DNA of 64,000 nt from Amphiscolops sp. MND2022. Lineage: Eukaryota. Below the pieces are notes generated by a model that was given only the letters and a program-made list of their open reading frames with translations, was not told where the DNA came from and made no database searches. A program made the position numbers and the translations under genes. Where the stretch lies: assembly GCA_964187785.1 (NCBI GenBank), contig OZ076409.1, positions 82,028,001 to 82,092,000 of the forward strand, in the 5' to 3' direction. Shown here one piece after another: positions 60,101 to 64,000 of the stretch; positions within the stretch are counted from its first letter, which is position 1, and the number at the start of each line of letters is the position of its first letter.

Positions 60101-62375
60101 ATTCTTCCAGACCAAAACGACACCCCCTGCACTCTGGAATGCCTGCGACTATCTATTACAGTTCAAGTTTCGAATCATGCACGTAGCAGGCTCCCAAAAC
60201 ACAGCAGCAGATTTTCTCTCAAGACTCGAACTCACACGGAAAGAAAAGGTACAACTTAAACTACGAGACGACATCCTAACGTCCCCAATTGAGGTCAATC
60301 TACAATCATCAGATGTAGCTGACGAAGAACAACTTTTCTTCCTACCTGATGAAGAAGATGAATCTGAACAAGAAATCTTTGCCCGAAAAGCACTCAGCAA
60401 ACAACGCGCCCTAGACGAACATGAGAGAGAACTATCAACAAAAGTAACTGAAGTCATCAAGATACCACTCAACTCCGCAGTCTACTCCTTCGGCGCAATC
60501 AAAGAAAATGCACGGATCAGAAACGAACAAGATGCAGACCCTCTCCTCAAAGCACTGAAACAACGGATCTCACATGAAGAATATGACAAACACCTTCTCA
60601 AAACTGAACCACGAGGACGAAACCTATTACGCCATGAAGAAAGAATCATAATGAAAGATGGAGTTCTGATGCGGAAATACTACGGAGAAGACGGATCAGT
60701 CACCCATAATCAAATTATAATTCCGAAACACCTAGTCCCAGAACTCTTGGCCACTCTACATGGGAAAACAAATAAACATCCAGGAATCGCAAAAATGATA
60801 CAAGAATGCAGAGCGAAATACTACTTCCCGGGTCTTGCACGTAAAATCAGAGCTTGGGTAACCAGCTGTCAAGACTGCATTGCCAATAAAAGAATTGACA
60901 CAAGACAAATACGCCCCAAAATGCTAAGCAACACTGAATTCACAATGGGACCAGAAGACTGCCTAGAAGTAGACATTCTACCAAACCTACCTTCCTCAAA
61001 TGGATACCAACACATCATAACGATGATGGATGTTTTTTCACGTTACCTTTTCGCTTACCCGACACAGGACATGACAGCCAAAACAGTCGCACGATGCATA
61101 ATAGACGTCATGACACGACACTGCTACCTGCCGACCGTCATTCTAACAGATAAAGGATCACAATTCAGGTCAGAAGTAGTCAATCAAATAACACAAACAT
61201 TGGATATACGGATAAGCCACGCATCGACGAAACACGCTCAAACAATTGGCATCCTAGAAAGGACTCATGCCTCTTTGAAAACCTCCCTAAAGATATCAAC
61301 GGGAGAACGACGCTCTATGTGGCATAAATATGTCCAGATCGCGGTCATGAACTACAATACGAGCTATCATGAAAGCCTAGGTTGTGAACCTACAACAGTA
61401 TTTCACGGACGCATTCCGTACAACATCCTAGACATAAAACTCGGATTGAAACCTGAATGGAAAAAAGATAACAACGAAGAACTGACGGATCAACTACAGA
61501 AGCAAATATCCGAAATACACCATGCCGCCAAAGAAAATCTAATGCAGTCCTACTTAAAGTACAAACAGTACTATGACAAGAAAGCAACAGCAACGCCACT
61601 CAAAGTCAACGACTACTGCTACGTCCTTAATCCGAAGGCAGACAACCAGTCAATGAAATTTGCCTTTAAAGATTGCATCTGGACTGGACCCTACATAGTA
61701 GTCAAAGTACTCTCGAACAACAACTACGTCGTACGCCGCACGGGAACTAGGTATACTCAAACCCTCCACAGAATTCGCCTAAGGCTATATGCGCCCAATC
61801 AGCGAGTACCTGACGTAACAGTCAGAAGGGAAGATTACCTTCCAGACCCAGAGGTTAAAACAACCCACAATGATTGGTACGCGCAAGCTTGGGAAACCGA
61901 ATTCGGAGAAGTTCTGTTCGGAAACAATACGGAAAACGCCGCCAAAGAAGCTACACTTACAGAAATCGAAGACATAGCAGGAAACGACGAAAGTACAACG
62001 GAAAATGATGTGGTTAAAACAACCACCAAAGAAAGTATAGTGGAAAATGACGTGGTTAAAATAACCACAGACGCACCTACAACGGAAAACGACGTGGCTC
62101 AAACAGCCACAAATGAAAATACTGCAGAAGATAAAACACCTTCCGACAATATAACGTCATTTGACCTAGATGTCAGCGATAACCCATATATTTTGACCCC
62201 ACCACCGATACACAGCCCTCCCAAAACACCCGAATTGCCGCCTATCGTCGTTGGATATAACCCTAGAAAAGTGGGAAGATACAACTTGCGACCTAACCCG
62301 AAACCCAATGTCAATCCTGATTTTCGAATGCTTGACTCAGTTACTACGGAGGACTCACGTCCAACTCAAGACTAG
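57078..62375 (+). CDS. pol: Pol polyprotein (PR, RT, RNase H, integrase), expressed as Gag-Pol
   Basis: LVDSGA, LPQG, YVDD, TDAS, HHCC region, VDILP, TDKGSQF, ILERTH, WTGPY; uninterrupted reading frame. Confidence 0.97.
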   Translation, partial: KKLKSPRLRFGEKVDARAYTIEDPPNRYEEDFLTECNEEPTQDWQRRWNVGMILRHNARHPEDPTPLPQWITESPDNYATLKRPLPESKTDRIYIYDRDYRCDPWDEPTIYDTNKLSFKIQVSNPQAQTTKTTNLPSPPSPILKRTTPSPTAPVTVTSTPIDAENIICIEDKTIWSRQAREQRENTASLSSSPPTAPATAIAAEDEEITECHPTLPEDLDVIKEFIQHDKEDDYIPLMSAIALKKKKRMLFLPIEFNTVKIEALVDSGAYINAISERDAEKLHQKASQCIVNKAPPPPFKVQYANAELEQPLATYTLRFKIGDYTFEETFIIMNQTSFPIIGLAFLRKHAAILDTAQGTINFPKIQITMALTDERQKCNPKPITIKTEAKHTIPAHSTRVIYATIPVSIEHPITGTIQPLPQFDECAKVIVAPAITTARDKKLPIKIANTTDFPYTIANDTKMAELQILKPEETKMIRPVDIAALNLLNDHDDVVTYINALMQVERPEDNEEKFWFPTPEHPGNEQEHSPIQKRILKELRDLAELEKLDPTENEDSRNKFLSMFKWTDSLITGKDREKLEDTIVEFNDIFARHRLDIGMNTQFKVSLTPQDDKPVYTQSLPVPINLKEDLTVELALMHKYGIITTLPFSKYASPIFAQRKPNGKLRLLVDLRKINALIADDYINNNHPVSTLSDAAQHLAGKKLFCKLDCSQAYHCLQMADQRSVELLAFNFASRTFAYRRLPQGLSRALSAFSSFMREYLDSVIKADQCAQYVDDIGIAANTTEQLIKNIRAVFKCIRKAGLKLTIEKCHFGVTQIEFLGRIITPDGVAPQDQKVKNFLSKVRFPKSKKQVQKYIGFVNYYRNYIPRLSEKLIGMYELLKADSKIRISEELVDNFKEINASLAEACGLALRQPIAGKQYVLMTDASFRASGYALMIEENDERKILSKRKTFAPVAFGSRVFSPAQLKLSIYCKEFLAIYHAFLEYSHILWEATIPTLVLTDNRSVTRFFQTKTTPPALWNACDYLLQFKFRIMHVAGSQNTAADFLSRLELTRKEKVQLKLRDDILTSPIEVNLQSSDVADEEQLFFLPDEEDESEQEIFARKALSKQRALDEHERELSTKVTEVIKIPLNSAVYSFGAIKENARIRNEQDADPLLKALKQRISHEEYDKHLLKTEPRGRNLLRHEERIIMKDGVLMRKYYGEDGSVTHNQIIIPKHLVPELLATLHGKTNKHPGIAKMIQECRAKYYFPGLARKIRAWVTSCQDCIANKRIDTRQIRPKMLSNTEFTMGPEDCLEVDILPNLPSSNGYQHIITMMDVFSRYLFAYPTQDMTAKTVARCIIDVMTRHCYLPTVILTDKGSQFRSEVVNQITQTLDIRISHASTKHAQTIGILERTHASLKTSLKISTGERRSMWHKYVQIAVMNYNTSYHESLGCEPTTVFHGRIPYNILDIKLGLKPEWKKDNNEELTDQLQKQISEIHHAAKENLMQSYLKYKQYYDKKATATPLKVNDYCYVLNPKADNQSMKFAFKDCIWTGPYIVVKVLSNNNYVVRRTGTRYTQTLHRIRLRLYAPNQRVPDVTVRREDYLPDPEVKTTHNDWYAQAWETEFGEVLFGNNTENAAKEATLTEIEDIAGNDESTTENDVVKTTTKESIVENDVVKITTDAPTTENDVAQTATNENTAEDKTPSDNITSFDLDVSDNPYILTPPPIHSPPKTPELPPIVVGYNPRKVGRYNLRPNPKPNVNPDFRMLDSVTTEDSRPTQD

Positions 62376-64000
62376 CTAAAAAACTCAACAAACCAAACCG
62401 AACCGGAATGGCTACGTCAATTTTTCTCAAGACTCTCTAAAACTACATACCCAAAAACTAATACAACAAAGATCAGAAGACAATAAAAAGAAAATATAAC
62501 TACATCAAAACCCAAATGAAACTAAATCATCAACAGTTTTTGGACACTTTCTTAGACTTCGGCTGACTACCAGAACCATCATCATCAGCATCTCGTACAA
62601 CTTTCTTTCTTCCTTTAGACGAACCAGCTCCACCACCCGAATCACCACCGAGGTTTTCTGCTGCTTCCTTTTAAACGAAATAGTAGCAGACTTAGACTCC
62701 GACTTCGTTCCGCCATTACTTGACTTACTGCCACCAGATTTCATAGAAACAACACTTAGAGGACCTGTATCTTGCCTCTTCCGCTGGATCACAGAACTCA
62801 AGGAACCACTCGAACCAGCTGTATCGCCACTATCCGATAGCCGGGACATCCGATTTGCATTGTTGAACTCCACATAACGGGCATCGAAGCTTTTCCGGCG
62901 CTCTGCGAGGAAAGTAGTAAATAAGGCACTATACTTCACAACAAAGGCATCTACATCCTCCCTGCAAAAATCTGTCCACATACTGAAGTCAGACGCTCCA
63001 AAGAATCTACCAGCATCTGCGATGGCCTTCTTCACAACTATAAGAGTCTGATCACTGAAGAAGGATTGATGCGAATACCCTTCGCTCAATATATAAGACT
63101 GCACCAGTTGCACACAGCTCTGAAAGTCTGCAACACTCAATGCAAAACCAGATAAATCCAGAGACACGGCAGGATAGCGTGCGACAGACACTCCCGCGAC
63201 AAGACAACACAACTTGAATACCCGGAGCAAATGTGGTCGTGACAAGAACCCTACATCACGGAGCAGGTACGGCACCACATTCACAATGTCACCAGCAGAC
63301 TGACAATATATATTCCGACAATATAACGTCATTTGACCTAGATGTCAGCGATAACCCATATATTTTGACCCCACCACCGATACACAGCCCTCCCAAAACA
63401 CCCGAATTGCCGCCTATCGTCGTTGGATATAACCCTAGAAAAGTGGGAAGATACAACTTGCGACCTAACCCGAAACCCAATGTCAATCCTGATTTTCGAA
63501 TGCTTGACTCAGTTACTACGGAGGACTCACGTCCAACTCAAGACTAGCTAAAAAACTCAACAAACCAAACCGAACCGGAATGGCTACGTCAATTTTTCTC
63601 AAGACTCTCTAAAACTACATACCCAAAAACTAATACAACAAAGATCAGAAGACAATAAAAAGAAAATATAACTACATCAAAACCCAAATGAAACTAAATC
63701 ATCAACAGTTTTTGGACACTTTCTTAGACTTCGGCTGACTACCAGAACCATCATCATCAGCATCTCGTACAACTTTCTTTCTTCCTTTAGACGAACCAGC
63801 TCCACCACACGAATCACCACCGACGTTTTTCTGCTGCTTCCTTTTAAACGAAATAGTAGCAGACTTAGACTCCGACTTCGTTCCGCCATTACTTGACTTA
63901 CTGCCACCAGATTTCATAGAAACAACACTTAGAGGACCTGTATCTTGCCTCTTCCGCTGGATCACAGAACTCAAGGAACCACTCGAACCAGCTGTATCGC
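62141..64000 (+). repeat. 1172-bp tandem duplication of the pol 3' end and antisense gene 3' end
   Basis: 63313-64000 repeats 62141-62828 almost exactly; GACAATATA microhomology at the junction. Confidence 0.95.
62505..63310 (-). CDS. 3' part of the antisense accessory gene of Gypsy B (duplicated copy)
   Basis: Open frame with RPHLLRVFKLCCL, FQSCVQLVQ and FSMW, homologous to the last exon in element A; Ser/Lys-rich tail. Confidence 0.7.

Larger units (their letters stand above)
53712..64000 (+). mobile_element. Ty3/Gypsy LTR retrotransposon B, coding-intact, 3' end outside the window
   Basis: 5' LTR, PBS, gag, and pol in PR-RT-RH-IN order, followed by an antisense ORF. Confidence 0.95.

Overview
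AT-rich animal (invertebrate) genomic DNA with spliceosomal GT-AG introns and many transposons. Host genes: a complete 12-exon SF3B1 gene (38598-52006, +, about 1329 aa) and the last two exons of a VWA3A-like gene (10449-14763, +). Two large Ty3/Gypsy elements from divergent families sit at the window ends: element A (1-9976, 3' part) and element B (53712-64000, 5' LTR, intact gag, -1 frameshift, intact pol). Between them are a decayed Mag-like Gypsy, a solo LTR inside a decayed LINE, a CRE-like RLE retrotransposon, many MITEs, Helentron/HINE-like repeats and a 200-N gap. The most notable observation is that both Gypsy elements carry a homologous antisense gene directly downstream of pol. In element A it is multi-exon, starts with a BED-like zinc finger, and looks like a catalytically dead hAT transposase. 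It diverges from a second, sense accessory ORF across a region holding one of three TATGCGG repeat arrays. The LTRs also appear to contain the gag start, with gag reading through the LTR end and PBS. All calls come from reading and manual translation; no searches were run.
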